Assembly: GCA_965205865.1 (NCBI GenBank)
Contig: CBDBHR010000025.1
Span: 64,001 to 128,000, forward strand
Reading direction: 5' to 3'
Origin: a bacterium
Lineage (GTDB): Bacteria; SAR324; NAC60-12
DNA: 64,000 bases
Part shown: piece after piece, positions 10,509 through 20,502 of the stretch
Layout: every line of letters starts with the position of its first letter
Numbering within the stretch: position 1 is the stretch's first letter
The notes under the pieces: model-generated
Seen by the model: only the letters and a program-made list of their open reading frames with translations
Databases searched by the model: none
Told to the model about the DNA's origin: nothing
Position numbers and translations under genes: made by a program

Positions 10509-10952
10509 ATGGCAACAATTAAAAAGATCCTCATTCCCACAGACGGCTCAGATACCTCGAAAGAAGCGATGGCGTATGCCGCGGCGTTGGCAAAATCATT
10601 TCAGGCCTCTGTTACACTTCTGATTGTCGCGGATGACCAGTATCTGGATTGGCTTGGGCCCGCCCATTTTACCATTGAAATGATGAAGCAGATTGAAGAA
10701 AACTCCGTTGAGCAGGCAAGAAGAGTTTTGGATGAACTCGAGATTGACGCCTCCTTGAAGGATGTCAAAAAAGTGGTCCGTCGAGGCGTTCCTTTCCAGG
10801 AAATTGTTGATTGTGCCAAAAATGAGCAGATGGACATGATCGTGATGGGAACCCATGGCAGAAAGGGCGTATCTCATATGATGATGGGAAGCGTGGCGGA
10901 AAAAGTAGTACGTCTGGCGCAATGTCCGGTCCTCACCGTCAAAAAAAATTAA
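10509..10952 (+). CDS. Universal stress protein (UspA family)
   Basis: KKILIPTDGS; DMIVMGTHGRKG..GSVAEKVVR..CPVLTV. Confidence 0.95.
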   Translation: MATIKKILIPTDGSDTSKEAMAYAAALAKSFQASVTLLIVADDQYLDWLGPAHFTIEMMKQIEENSVEQARRVLDELEIDASLKDVKKVVRRGVPFQEIVDCAKNEQMDMIVMGTHGRKGVSHMMMGSVAEKVVRLAQCPVLTVKKN

Positions 10953-11069
10953 CGAAAAACTCACCTTGCGTGCTCGAGTTCTGATGCGTATTCGTTGTTT
11001 TTTTTTGCTCCTGCCTGCGCCATCTTCCATCGACCGGATGAGAACCCTCTCATGAAATGCTCGGAAATG

Positions 11070-12416
11070 CTAAATAATCCCATAAGCCAACATCGCTTCC
11101 GCCACTTTGACGAAACCTGCCAGATTGGCACCCTTGACATAATTCACATGATCGGCGCCAGCACCGAATTCCACACATTTTTCATGGATTTGTCGCATGA
11201 TCTCTTTCAAACGACTGTCCAATTCCTCTCGTTCCCAGGAGAGGCGGATACTGTTCTGGGTCATTTCCAAACCTGAAACCGCCACTCCACCGGCGTTGGA
11301 CGCTTTCCCGGGTGCGAAAATGATTTTGGCATCATGAAATATCCGAGTCGCCTGCGGTGTTACGGGCATATTGGCTCCTTCGGCGACGGCAATACACCCG
11401 TTGGCAACCAATCTGTGGGCATCCTCCGCTTCTATTTCATTTTGGGTTGCGCAGGGAAACGCCAGATCACATGGAATTTTCCAGGGACGTTTTCCTGCCA
11501 CGAACTCACATCCAAAATGTTCGGCATATTCTCGAATTCGCCCCCGCTTGATGGATTTCAGATGGATTAAAAACGCCAACTTTTCGGGGTTGAGTCCTTC
11601 TCGATCATGAATGTAACCGCTGCTGTCGGAGAGAGCGATGACCTTACCTCCCAACTGGCAGACTTTTTCAGCTGCATATTGGGCGACGTTCCCCGAACCG
11701 GAGATCACTACCTGCTTGTCTTCGATGGTGTTCCCTTGGTGTTTCAACATCTCCTCCATGAAATACGCTGCCCCATAACCTGTTGCTTCCTTGCGAATCA
11801 AACTTCCTCCGAATTCCAACGCTTTTCCGGTATAGGTACCGGTAAATTCATGAGTCAAGCGTTTGTACTGTCCAAACATATAACTGATTTCCTGAGTACC
11901 CACCCCGATATCACCCGCGGGAACATCAATATTTTCTCCGATGTAATAGGACAACTCCGTAGTGAAGGCCTGGCAAAATCGCATGATTTCCCGGTTGGAT
12001 TTTCCCTTGGGATTGAAATTGGCCCCACCTTTTGCAGCACCCATTGGCAAAGAGGTTAAACTGTTTTTGAAGGTTTGTTCAAATCCAAGAAACTTGAGTA
12101 TACTGAGATTCACCGAAGGATGGAATCGCAAACCGCCTTTGTAAGGACCAATGGAATTGTTGAATTGTACCCGATAGCCGCGATTGACTCGAATATTACC
12201 TCCGTCGTCTTCCCAACACACACGAAAAATAACGATGCGGTCGGGCTCCGTCATGCGTTCGAAAATCCGCGTTTCGAGATATTGAGGATTTTGATTGATG
12301 AAAGGAACCAAATTCTCGGCCACTTCAAATACTGCCTGGTGAAATTCGTGTTCCCCCGGATTTCGCTTTCTCAATCCTGTCATGAACTGTTCTAAATCTA
12401 TTTTTTTTGCATGCAT
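11070..12416 (-). CDS. gdhA: NADP-specific glutamate dehydrogenase
   Basis: GPYKGGLRFHPSVN, DVPAGDIGVG, EATGYG, SGSGNVA, NAGGVAVSGLEM. Confidence 0.97.
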   Translation of the reverse strand: MHAKKIDLEQFMTGLRKRNPGEHEFHQAVFEVAENLVPFINQNPQYLETRIFERMTEPDRIVIFRVCWEDDGGNIRVNRGYRVQFNNSIGPYKGGLRFHPSVNLSILKFLGFEQTFKNSLTSLPMGAAKGGANFNPKGKSNREIMRFCQAFTTELSYYIGENIDVPAGDIGVGTQEISYMFGQYKRLTHEFTGTYTGKALEFGGSLIRKEATGYGAAYFMEEMLKHQGNTIEDKQVVISGSGNVAQYAAEKVCQLGGKVIALSDSSGYIHDREGLNPEKLAFLIHLKSIKRGRIREYAEHFGCEFVAGKRPWKIPCDLAFPCATQNEIEAEDAHRLVANGCIAVAEGANMPVTPQATRIFHDAKIIFAPGKASNAGGVAVSGLEMTQNSIRLSWEREELDSRLKEIMRQIHEKCVEFGAGADHVNYVKGANLAGFVKVAEAMLAYGII

Positions 12417-12527
12417 TGTCTGAGCTCCGTGATAGGTGGACAAAAAGAATTTTTGCAATTTCAGAAAACTCTATCCCTGCGTCACTTTTATCAGGACCAG
12501 ATATAGAATACCAACAAAAATGGGCGT

Positions 12528-14051
12528 TTAAAAATCGAGTTTTTTCAACGCGTCATGGTAAACCGCTTCATATTGTTGGGCCGCCGTATGCCAATCAAAG
12601 CGTTGAGCCATCGCATTTTGGATGAGCTTTTGAAAGTCGTGGGGGCGGTCGTGGTAGAGAGTCAAAGCTTCCTTGATACAATTTTTCAGGGCCGGCGAGC
12701 TTGGATCGTTAAAAAGGAATCCCGTCCCTTCCGTATCAGTATAATGGCGCACAGAATCCTGCAATCCTCCAACAGATCGCACGATGGGCAGAGTTCCATA
12801 ACTCAAACTGTACATTTGATTCAGCCCGCAGGGCTCGAAAAGGGATGGCATCAAGAAAAAATCACTGCCTGCCTCGATCCAATGTGACAACTGATCGTCG
12901 AACCGATTATGCCATCGCATGTTTTGCGGAAAACGACGGGCGATTTCATGCAGTGCTTCCTCGATCCAATTTTCGCCTATGCCCAGAATGATCAGTTGCA
13001 CCTTCCAGTTTAAAATATCCCCCAGTGAGTCCAGCAGATAAGCAAAACCTTTTTGCCGGGTTACCCGCGTGACCATACCGATCATCGGAATATGAGGCGC
13101 ATCCGGCAACTGAAAATACTGCTGAAGTTCTTTTTTGCAGACTGCCTTCCCCTGCAATTCCTCTGCATCAAAATTTGCAGGAATGATAGGATCGGTAGCG
13201 GGGTCCCACTTTTGGTAGTCGCATCCGTTCAAAATACCCGGCAGGTCTTCCTGGCGGTTGAGGAATGCCTCGCGTAATCCGTGTCCTCCCAGGGGAGTCA
13301 ACAGTTCACGGGCATACCCCGGACTGACAGCGTTGATCTTATCCGCCCAGGCAACCCCGCCCTTGAGCAAATTGATCTGGCCATTATCTTCAAAAAGACC
13401 AGGTTTGAAATGTTGCCAACCAATGCCCAAAAATTCCCTCTCAGACGGAGGGAAATGTCCTTGAAAGGAAGCGTTATGCAAAGTGAGAACGGAAACCGAC
13501 TTTTGAAAAAAAGGATTGCCATTCTCATGTTTTTTGAGATAAAAAGGAATGATGGCGGTATGCCAGTCATTGCAATGAATTACGTCTGCCGAAAAATCCA
13601 AAACCTGACATGTACGCAGAACCGCCTTTGAGAAAAAGCCAAAACGCCGGGCATTGTCGGCAAAGGGGACGGTACCGTCACCATATAGTTGATCTCCGGA
13701 AAAGTAAAAATCGTGTTCGATGAAGTAAACGGGCACCTTGGTTAAGCGACGAGACGGCACTTCTCCTTCCAAAAATCCCTGCCGCAGCGCAAACCGAATT
13801 TCCGTGCCGCCCATCCGTACTACCAATGCTTCTGCTGCGGGAAAAACCTCTAATGCTTGGAGGGTTCCCACCCGGTCGATCGGAAAATACGGTGGGAGGA
13901 GCGAACGGTAATATGGCAAAATAACCCGTACATCGTGACCACGCTCTTTGAGGACCAGGGGGAGGGCTCTTCCAAAATCAGCCAGTCCTCCGGTTTTCAC
14001 CAAGCCTTCGACTTCAGAAATTACCAACATTATCTTCAGCTGTTCAGCCAA
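12528..14051 (-). CDS. glgA: Glycogen synthase, carrying an in-frame repeat insertion
   Basis: KTGGL, IHCNDWHT, GILNG, PSLFEPCGLNQM; probable TTG start with AAGGAG overlapping the glgC end. Confidence 0.95.
   Translation of the reverse strand: MAEQLKIMLVISEVEGLVKTGGLADFGRALPLVLKERGHDVRVILPYYRSLLPPYFPIDRVGTLQALEVFPAAEALVVRMGGTEIRFALRQGFLEGEVPSRRLTKVPVYFIEHDFYFSGDQLYGDGTVPFADNARRFGFFSKAVLRTCQVLDFSADVIHCNDWHTAIIPFYLKKHENGNPFFQKSVSVLTLHNASFQGHFPPSEREFLGIGWQHFKPGLFEDNGQINLLKGGVAWADKINAVSPGYARELLTPLGGHGLREAFLNRQEDLPGILNGCDYQKWDPATDPIIPANFDAEELQGKAVCKKELQQYFQLPDAPHIPMIGMVTRVTRQKGFAYLLDSLGDILNWKVQLIILGIGENWIEEALHEIARRFPQNMRWHNRFDDQLSHWIEAGSDFFLMPSLFEPCGLNQMYSLSYGTLPIVRSVGGLQDSVRHYTDTEGTGFLFNDPSSPALKNCIKEALTLYHDRPHDFQKLIQNAMAQRFDWHTAAQQYEAVYHDALKKLDF
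13860..13901 (-). repeat. 42-bp palindromic element, in-frame in glgA
   Basis: CTCCTCCCACCGTATTTTCCGATCGACCGGGTGGGAACCCTC = LLPPYFPIDRVGTL. Confidence 0.85.
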
Positions 14052-15273
14052 TATGGGCTCCTTTTGGAATGACGACGATCCCGTTTTCAGAAACCGTGTA
14101 TTTTTGACGATCTGCTTCGAGATCACTTCCGATGACGATTCCCGCAGCAATTTTTACATCTTTGTCAACGATTGTTCTGGAGATGCGGGCGCCTCTGCCT
14201 ATTTCAGTATTATCCATCACCACGGACTGTTTAATATGAGAAAAACTATGCACCCTCACTCCATATCCGAGGATCGATTCTTCCACGAGGGCGCCGCTGA
14301 CGACGCAGCCGGCACTGACCACCGCATTGATTGCATGTCCGGTGCGGATGACGCTGTAATGGACGAATTTGGCAGGAGGATGAGGCGGACGATAGGTTCG
14401 AATGGGCCATCTGGTATTGTAGAGATTAAAGACCGGGTCAATCCGTACCAAATCCATATTGGATTCCCAGTAGGTATCGATCGAGCCGACGTCCCGCCAG
14501 TAGCCACGGTTTTTTTCTTCCATTCCCGGGATTTGATTTTGGTGGAAATCATAGACAAAAACACGCTTCTGCGGATAGAGTTTGGGAATAATATCCTTGC
14601 CGAAATCATGAGAGGATTGGTTATCTATCGCATCTGCATGGAGTTCCTCGAGCAGCGGATCGGTATTGAAAATATAATTCCCCATGGAAGCCAGCGCATG
14701 TTCAGGATCTCGTGGAATGGTTTTCGGATGTTCTTTGGGTTTTTCTACAAAACCCGTCATCCGCCAATCTTCATCCACTTCAATAATCCCGAAGTGGAAG
14801 GCTTCCGCAATGGGAACCGGGATTGCCGCTACAGTCAATGCCGCTTTTTTCTTTTCATGAAAGCGGATCATTTGACGGATATCCATCTGGTAGATGTGAT
14901 CGCCTCCGAAAATGCAAACGATATCCGGTTCTTCATCATAGATCAGGTTCAGGTTTTGATAGATCGCATCGGCGGTGCCCTCGTACCAACGTTTCCCCGT
15001 CCGCATTTGCGCTGGGACCGGATCAATGAAATTTCCGGTGATCTGTCCTGAAATCCGCCATCCTTGACGCAGGTGCTGCATCAGGGAATGGGATTTAAAT
15101 TGGGTCAGCACAAATATCCGAATCAATTCCGAATTGACAAAATTGGAAATCACAAAGTCTATGATGCGGTAATTTCCGCCAAAGGGAACAGCGGGTTTCG
15201 TACGGACTGCGGTTAGAGGATAAAGTCGGCTCCCTTCTCCTCCTGCCAGGATCATGGAAACAATTCTATTCAC
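14044..15273 (-). CDS. glgC: Glucose-1-phosphate adenylyltransferase
   Basis: ILAGGEGSRLYPLT, KPAVPFGG, WYEGTADAIYQN, HDFGKDIIP; GTG start after GGAGGAG. Confidence 0.97.
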   Translation of the reverse strand: MNRIVSMILAGGEGSRLYPLTAVRTKPAVPFGGNYRIIDFVISNFVNSELIRIFVLTQFKSHSLMQHLRQGWRISGQITGNFIDPVPAQMRTGKRWYEGTADAIYQNLNLIYDEEPDIVCIFGGDHIYQMDIRQMIRFHEKKKAALTVAAIPVPIAEAFHFGIIEVDEDWRMTGFVEKPKEHPKTIPRDPEHALASMGNYIFNTDPLLEELHADAIDNQSSHDFGKDIIPKLYPQKRVFVYDFHQNQIPGMEEKNRGYWRDVGSIDTYWESNMDLVRIDPVFNLYNTRWPIRTYRPPHPPAKFVHYSVIRTGHAINAVVSAGCVVSGALVEESILGYGVRVHSFSHIKQSVVMDNTEIGRGARISRTIVDKDVKIAAGIVIGSDLEADRQKYTVSENGIVVIPKGAHIG

Positions 15274-15278
15274 GGCTT

Positions 15279-15320
15279 CTCCTCCCACAATATCTATTGA
15301 ATGATCGCGTGGGAATCCAC
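15279..15320 (+). repeat. 42-bp palindromic element (degenerate) overlapping the glgC RBS
   Basis: CTCCTCCCACAATATCTATTGAATGATCGCGTGGGAATCCAC. Confidence 0.65.
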
Positions 15321-15351
15321 ATGAGGTCGAGTGCCTTTCCGTCAATCCGTT

Positions 15352-18042
15352 TCAGACCCGCAACTCCGCATTCAATTCCTGCTTGAGTTGCCGGATGATT
15401 TTTTCCCGGATGGGTTCGACGTCCTCATCCGTCAGGGTACGGTCAAATGCCTGGTAAGTCATGGCGAAGGCCAGACTTTTTTTATTACTGCCAACCCGCT
15501 TTCCCCGAAAGACGTCAAACAGATGAACCTTTTCCAGTAGTGGATGTCCTGTTTGCAAAATGAGAGATTCTACCTGCCCGGCAGGTATGGATTCATCCAC
15601 AACAAAAGCCAAATCTTCATAAATAGGGGCGTAGATGGGCATTTCGATCATCATATGGATCTGATTCCAATGGCGCAAGAGTGCTTTCAACTCAAATTCT
15701 GCCAGGCAAACCGGTTGTTCGGGTAATCCAAAACAACGAACCACTTTTGGATGGATTTCTCCCATTTGACCGAGAATTTCTCCCTCAATCATGATGGCGG
15801 CAGATCGACCGGGATGATAAATCCCTCCTTCACTTTTCTGCCAGCTTGTCTTCCGGATATGCAAGCCTTCCATCAATGTGACCAGCACGCCTTTGAGGTC
15901 ATAAAAATCCAGCTTATCCTCGTGCTCACTTTGGCTCACTCCCTCCTTTTGTAAAGGGGGACAGGGAGATTGGGAGTTTTTTGCTCCGTCCAACCAGGAA
16001 GGTGGCAAGCGTTTGCCGGTCATCAGGATCGTCAAATAAGGGATTTCATCAGGCAGGAGTTCCCCCTCTCGGGGCTGATAAATGTTGCCGATTTCAAAAA
16101 CGGCCACCCGCTCCTTGAATCGCAAATTTCTCTTTGTCGTTGTCAAGGCGCCAGGTATGAGCGATTGTCGCATGTGCGTTCTCTCCGCCGATAAAGGATT
16201 TTGCAATGCGAGATAACGTGAGGGTTCCCACCCCCCTTTTTGCGAGGGGGATTTTCGGACAATACTGTGGGAAGGATCCACTCCCCCTTCAGCTAAGGGG
16301 GACGGGGGAATTTGAAGTTCTTTTTGCTCGTCCGGAACCAAACGAGCCTCGTCCTGCGGATCGACGATTGAATAGGTAATGATTTCATCCAATCCCGTCT
16401 CTACGATAATGTCTCGGACTTTCTCCGTACCTGACAACTGCGCATTGCGTTGTGATGCGGAAGGTCGAGTTTTGGGCAAGACATCGTTCATCAAAGTACC
16501 GGGCATTCGATTGTACCCATAGACCCGAGCCACTTCCTCCACCAAATCCGCGGCAAGCCGGACATCCATACGGTGACTGGGGACTGTGACCTGCAATTTA
16601 TCTCGCACAACCACCTGAAATGCCAGTCTTTCCAGGATTTTGACAATTTCCCCCCGAGACAAGTCAACTCCCAGTAAGCGGTTCACGTAGAGAGGATCCA
16701 ATTCGATTTCAATGCTTTCTCTTTTCTTGAGATAAAGATCCCCATAAGCGCTATTGAGGAATCCACCAGCATATTCTTCCATGAGCCGTGCTGCCCGCAC
16801 AGCGGCTTTCAGAGTCAATTCCGGATCCAGGCGCTTGCCAAATCGCTCACTGGCCTCCGTTCGCAATTTCAATAGCTGGCAGGTCCGGCGATTGTTTAAA
16901 AATTCGAAATTGGCCGATTCCAGCAAGATTCTTTTGGTGGTGGAAGACACTTCCGTCTCGGCTCCTCCCATTATTCCGGCAATGGCAACCGGACCTTTGG
17001 CATCGGTGATGAGCAGCATTTGATCGTCAAACTCGTGTTCCACCCCATCCAGGGTGGTCATGCGCTCCCCCGATTGAGCACGACGGACGCGGATCATTGG
17101 CTGTCTCCCTTCTGCGCGCTCTTTCAGAAGGTCATAATCAAAGGCATGGAGGGGTTGTCCCATTTCCAGCATTACATAATTGGTGATATCCACAATATTG
17201 TTAATGGGGCGCATCCCTGCCCTCAACAGACGCTGTCGTACCCAAAACGGAGAAGGTCCTACCCGCACTCCGTCGATCAACAATCCCGAGTATCGCCCAC
17301 AAAGATCAGAGTTCTCGATTTCGAGTTTCACAAAGGACGGGTGTTCAGCAATTTCGTTCGTCTGAGAGGTCCCACCCGACCGGTCGGACAATACTGTGGG
17401 GAGGGACAATTTTTTCAAGATATCCTGGTTGAGAGGAGTTTCCGTCAAGGCGGCTACTTCTCGCGCGATGCCGAAAATTGCCAACAAATGGCTGAAACCT
17501 CCTTTGATATCAAAATGAAATATGGTATCTCCCAGAGATGTTTTCAAAGATGCGCCTACCAGAAGCTCGTCTTCGCTAAACAACATCACCCCTTCGTGGT
17601 CGTCACTGAGCCCCAGTTCTTTTTCAGAACACAGCACCCCTTCGGAAAGAATTCCGCGAATCCTGGCTGGTTTGAGGACTAAGGTTTTTTCCTCCTCACC
17701 GTGAGATTCCACCAGAACGGCGCCCGGAAGAGCCAAAGCCCCTTTGAGAGGCTTAGGGATTTCCTTATTTTCATAGCACCTCAGATTGGGTGCTCCGCAA
17801 ACCACTTGCAACTGCTCAGTTGGTCCATAATTTACTTTTACCAAAGAAAGTTGGTCAGCATTGGGATGTGGCAAGACTTCCAGAATTTCGGCGATAAGAA
17901 AAAGATTTTCTTCCCAATGCGCGCCGATAGTGTCGACCATCTCGATTTCCAAGCCAGCCAAAGTCAGGCGTTCTGCCAGTGCGTTCGGGTCGGAAGTTGC
18001 CACATAATCATTGAGCCAGCTGACAGGAACAGATAACGCCAT
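15352..18042 (-). CDS. pheT: Phenylalanyl-tRNA synthetase beta subunit with in-frame repeat insertions
   Basis: HPNADQL, VVCGAPN, RPINNIVDITNYVMLE.GQPLHAFD, DLVEEVARVYGY, HPGRSA, C-terminal FDX-ACB domain; 896 aa. Confidence 0.97.
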   Translation of the reverse strand: MALSVPVSWLNDYVATSDPNALAERLTLAGLEIEMVDTIGAHWEENLFLIAEILEVLPHPNADQLSLVKVNYGPTEQLQVVCGAPNLRCYENKEIPKPLKGALALPGAVLVESHGEEEKTLVLKPARIRGILSEGVLCSEKELGLSDDHEGVMLFSEDELLVGASLKTSLGDTIFHFDIKGGFSHLLAIFGIAREVAALTETPLNQDILKKLSLPTVLSDRSGGTSQTNEIAEHPSFVKLEIENSDLCGRYSGLLIDGVRVGPSPFWVRQRLLRAGMRPINNIVDITNYVMLEMGQPLHAFDYDLLKERAEGRQPMIRVRRAQSGERMTTLDGVEHEFDDQMLLITDAKGPVAIAGIMGGAETEVSSTTKRILLESANFEFLNNRRTCQLLKLRTEASERFGKRLDPELTLKAAVRAARLMEEYAGGFLNSAYGDLYLKKRESIEIELDPLYVNRLLGVDLSRGEIVKILERLAFQVVVRDKLQVTVPSHRMDVRLAADLVEEVARVYGYNRMPGTLMNDVLPKTRPSASQRNAQLSGTEKVRDIIVETGLDEIITYSIVDPQDEARLVPDEQKELQIPPSPLAEGGVDPSHSIVRKSPSQKGGWEPSRYLALQNPLSAERTHMRQSLIPGALTTTKRNLRFKERVAVFEIGNIYQPREGELLPDEIPYLTILMTGKRLPPSWLDGAKNSQSPCPPLQKEGVSQSEHEDKLDFYDLKGVLVTLMEGLHIRKTSWQKSEGGIYHPGRSAAIMIEGEILGQMGEIHPKVVRCFGLPEQPVCLAEFELKALLRHWNQIHMMIEMPIYAPIYEDLAFVVDESIPAGQVESLILQTGHPLLEKVHLFDVFRGKRVGSNKKSLAFAMTYQAFDRTLTDEDVEPIREKIIRQLKQELNAELRV
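15940..15971 (-). repeat. CCCCCTTT..AAAGGAGGG hairpin repeat, in-frame in pheT (QSPCPPLQKEG)
   Basis: Same family at 16229-16251, 16282-16312 and intergenic 60686-60710. Confidence 0.75.
16220..16312 (-). repeat. Composite insertion in pheT: 42-bp element with nested and adjacent CCCCC..GGGGG hairpins
   Basis: Encodes IPPSPLAEGGVDPSHSIVRKSPSQKGGWEPS. Confidence 0.8.
17364..17405 (-). repeat. 42-bp palindromic element, in-frame in pheT
   Basis: CCCTCCCCACAGTATTGTCCGACCGGTCGGGTGGGACCTCTC = LPTVLSDRSGGTS. Confidence 0.85.
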
Positions 18043-18204
18043 AAATTTTCCTTTTTGAAACAGTAAGCCGTCAATAAAGAAATTGAATTCTTCACTTCAG
18101 ATAAAATTTATTTGAAAACACAAAGGATTTTGTTATACAATCCTTGGGCTTGAGGGACAATGCGAGAATTATGAAAGCTTCCAATAAAAAGGACAAGACA
18201 AACC

Positions 18205-19092
18205 ATGAAACACATTGCTGTAGATTTGGGTGGCACGAAAATCGAAATCATTCTCTGCGGGGAAAATGTGCTGAACATCCTTGAGCGTAAGCGTGTTCCA
18301 ACTCAGCAGTATGAGAGTTACGAGAGATTGTTGCGTCAAATTGCCGCTCTGATCAAAGAGTACCTGGAGTTGAGCGAGGATGAAATGATCATAGGCATGG
18401 GAATTCCCGGTTCAATCTCGCCCCAAACGGGTGCAGTCCTTGGCGCAAACACTCAATGTCTCAACGGCCAACCTTTGCAATCGGATTTGGAATCATTGAT
18501 CGATCACCAGATCTTCATCGAAAATGATGCCAATTGTTTCGCCCTCAGCGAGGCGTTGATGGGCGCAGGTCAGGGATATGAGGCTGTTCTGGGGATCATC
18601 ATGGGCACCGGTGTCGGAGGCGGTGCGGTTTATTCCGGAAAACTGTGGAAAGGCGCGAATGGAAATGCCAGCGAATGGGGCCACCAAACGCTCAAATCAA
18701 ATGGTATCCCCTGTTGGTGCGGACGAACAGGCTGTATGGAAAATTACCTCTCAGGGATCGGAATTGAACGATTTTACAAAATATTATCCGGGCAAGATTG
18801 TTCCCTGCCCGAAATTTATCAGAAATTTGAGGAAGCAAATAATCCTCATGCCCAAGAGGTGATCCAAAACTTGATTTCCGATTTTGCAGACGGAGTGAGC
18901 AACCTGATTACTATTTTTGATCCCAGCATCATTATTGTAGGCGGAGGGGTATCCAATTTACCCATCCTCTATTCCGAAGGAGCCAATGCTGCCAATCAAA
19001 AATCGTTCCATCCGGAGTTCACCATTCCCATCGTGAAAAACAAATTGGGGGATTCCAGCGGGATTTACGGCGCCGCTATGCTCACGGAATGA
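18205..19092 (+). CDS. ROK-family sugar kinase (fructokinase-like)
   Basis: DLGGTKIE, ENDANCFALSE, GTGVGG, EWGH..CWCG..GCME. Confidence 0.93.
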   Translation: MKHIAVDLGGTKIEIILCGENVLNILERKRVPTQQYESYERLLRQIAALIKEYLELSEDEMIIGMGIPGSISPQTGAVLGANTQCLNGQPLQSDLESLIDHQIFIENDANCFALSEALMGAGQGYEAVLGIIMGTGVGGGAVYSGKLWKGANGNASEWGHQTLKSNGIPCWCGRTGCMENYLSGIGIERFYKILSGQDCSLPEIYQKFEEANNPHAQEVIQNLISDFADGVSNLITIFDPSIIIVGGGVSNLPILYSEGANAANQKSFHPEFTIPIVKNKLGDSSGIYGAAMLTE

Positions 19093-19215
19093 GGAGGTTT
19101 CAGAATACCTGGCGGCTTCCCGATTTCACAATCATTTTTTTAGTGCTGCGACAATTCGGTCATCCATGCAAAACTATGCCTTTGGAGAATTCGAAAAATT
19201 TAAAATGGTACGACA

Positions 19216-20502
19216 ATGACTTCAAAATCCAACGAAAATCCAACTTCAACCGAGTTGTCATCCCCACAAACACAATCCCTGCTCCGCCAAGGGCGGGACT
19301 GTTATTTTCCCGTCTATTCTCCCCGTGAAATGATTGTGGCGCATGGCAAAGGGGCGCGACTGTGGGACCTGGAAGGACGGGAGTATATTGATTTGGGAAC
19401 AGGGATTGGCGTGAATGCACTGGGGCATCAAGAACCGGATTTGATTCAAGCAGCCTGGGATCAGTTACATAAAGTATGGCACACCAGCAATATTTATTTC
19501 ACAGAACCTGTTGTGCGTCTGGCAGCGGAATTGATCGAAACCACCTTTGCCGACCGTGTCTTTTTTTCTAATTCCGGTGCCGAAGCCAATGAAGCTGCGA
19601 TCAAAGTTGCCAGGAAATTTTCCAGTTTCCATTCCTCGCGCCAAGCCACTGCTTCCTCCAAACGGGATATTCTCACTTTCAAGGGGTCCTTTCATGGAAG
19701 AACGCTCACCACTGCGACTGCGACTGCGCAAGCGAAATTTCATGAAGGCTTTGATCCCTTACCCGGAGGTTTCTCCTACTGCCCTTTCAATGACTTTGAC
19801 AGGGCGGAAAAATTGATCACTGCGCAAACCTGCGCAGTTTTATTGGAACCTATTCAAGGAGAAAGTGGAGTTATCGCAGCTGCACCCGGCTTTCTCCGGC
19901 ATTTGCAATCCTTGTGTCACCAACGCGATGCCTTGTTGATCTTCGATGAAATCCAATCCGGCATGGGACGTACCGGTCGTTTTTTTGCTTACCAATGGCA
20001 AGATGGGGTGCGACCTGATATTGTCACTATTGCCAAATCCCTGGGAGGAGGACTTCCTTTGGGAGCGATGCTGACCACTGAAACCGTGGCACGGATTTTC
20101 AAGTTCGGGGATCATGGTTCCACTTTTGGAGGCAATCCGGTTGCGGCCGCAGTGGCCCGGGTGGTCCTGCAGAAAATCCGAAATCCTTCCTTGATGGAAC
20201 AAGTGAAAAAACGAGGGGAGCAGTTAATAAAAGGACTAGAGGAACTCCAACACTCTTTAGGGATCTTCAAGGAGATCCGAGGAAAAGGTCTATTTATCGG
20301 CGCTGAATTGCAAGGTCCCTGGGAAGGTCAGGCACGAGATTTGACTGAAGCTTGCCGGAAAAATGGAGTATTGATTCTACAAGCAGGTCCGAATACCCTG
20401 CGTTTCCTTCCACCTCTCAATGTCACTGAGGAGGAATTGCAAAACGGCATGGACCGTATGGCGTTTTGCCTGAAGATTATGGCCTCGCCAAAATGGTCAT
20501 GA
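19216..20502 (+). CDS. argD: Acetylornithine aminotransferase (class III PLP enzyme)
   Basis: NSGAEANEAAIK, SFHGRT, EPIQGESG, DEIQSGMGRTG, HGSTFGGNP. Confidence 0.92.
   Translation: MTSKSNENPTSTELSSPQTQSLLRQGRDCYFPVYSPREMIVAHGKGARLWDLEGREYIDLGTGIGVNALGHQEPDLIQAAWDQLHKVWHTSNIYFTEPVVRLAAELIETTFADRVFFSNSGAEANEAAIKVARKFSSFHSSRQATASSKRDILTFKGSFHGRTLTTATATAQAKFHEGFDPLPGGFSYCPFNDFDRAEKLITAQTCAVLLEPIQGESGVIAAAPGFLRHLQSLCHQRDALLIFDEIQSGMGRTGRFFAYQWQDGVRPDIVTIAKSLGGGLPLGAMLTTETVARIFKFGDHGSTFGGNPVAAAVARVVLQKIRNPSLMEQVKKRGEQLIKGLEELQHSLGIFKEIRGKGLFIGAELQGPWEGQARDLTEACRKNGVLILQAGPNTLRFLPPLNVTEEELQNGMDRMAFCLKIMASPKWS

Noticed and set aside
13948-15051. Long antisense ORFs (also 6908-7702, 30571-31305, 38526-39371, 61902-62888)
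   Set aside because: They are shadows of well-supported genes on the opposite strand and carry no motifs.
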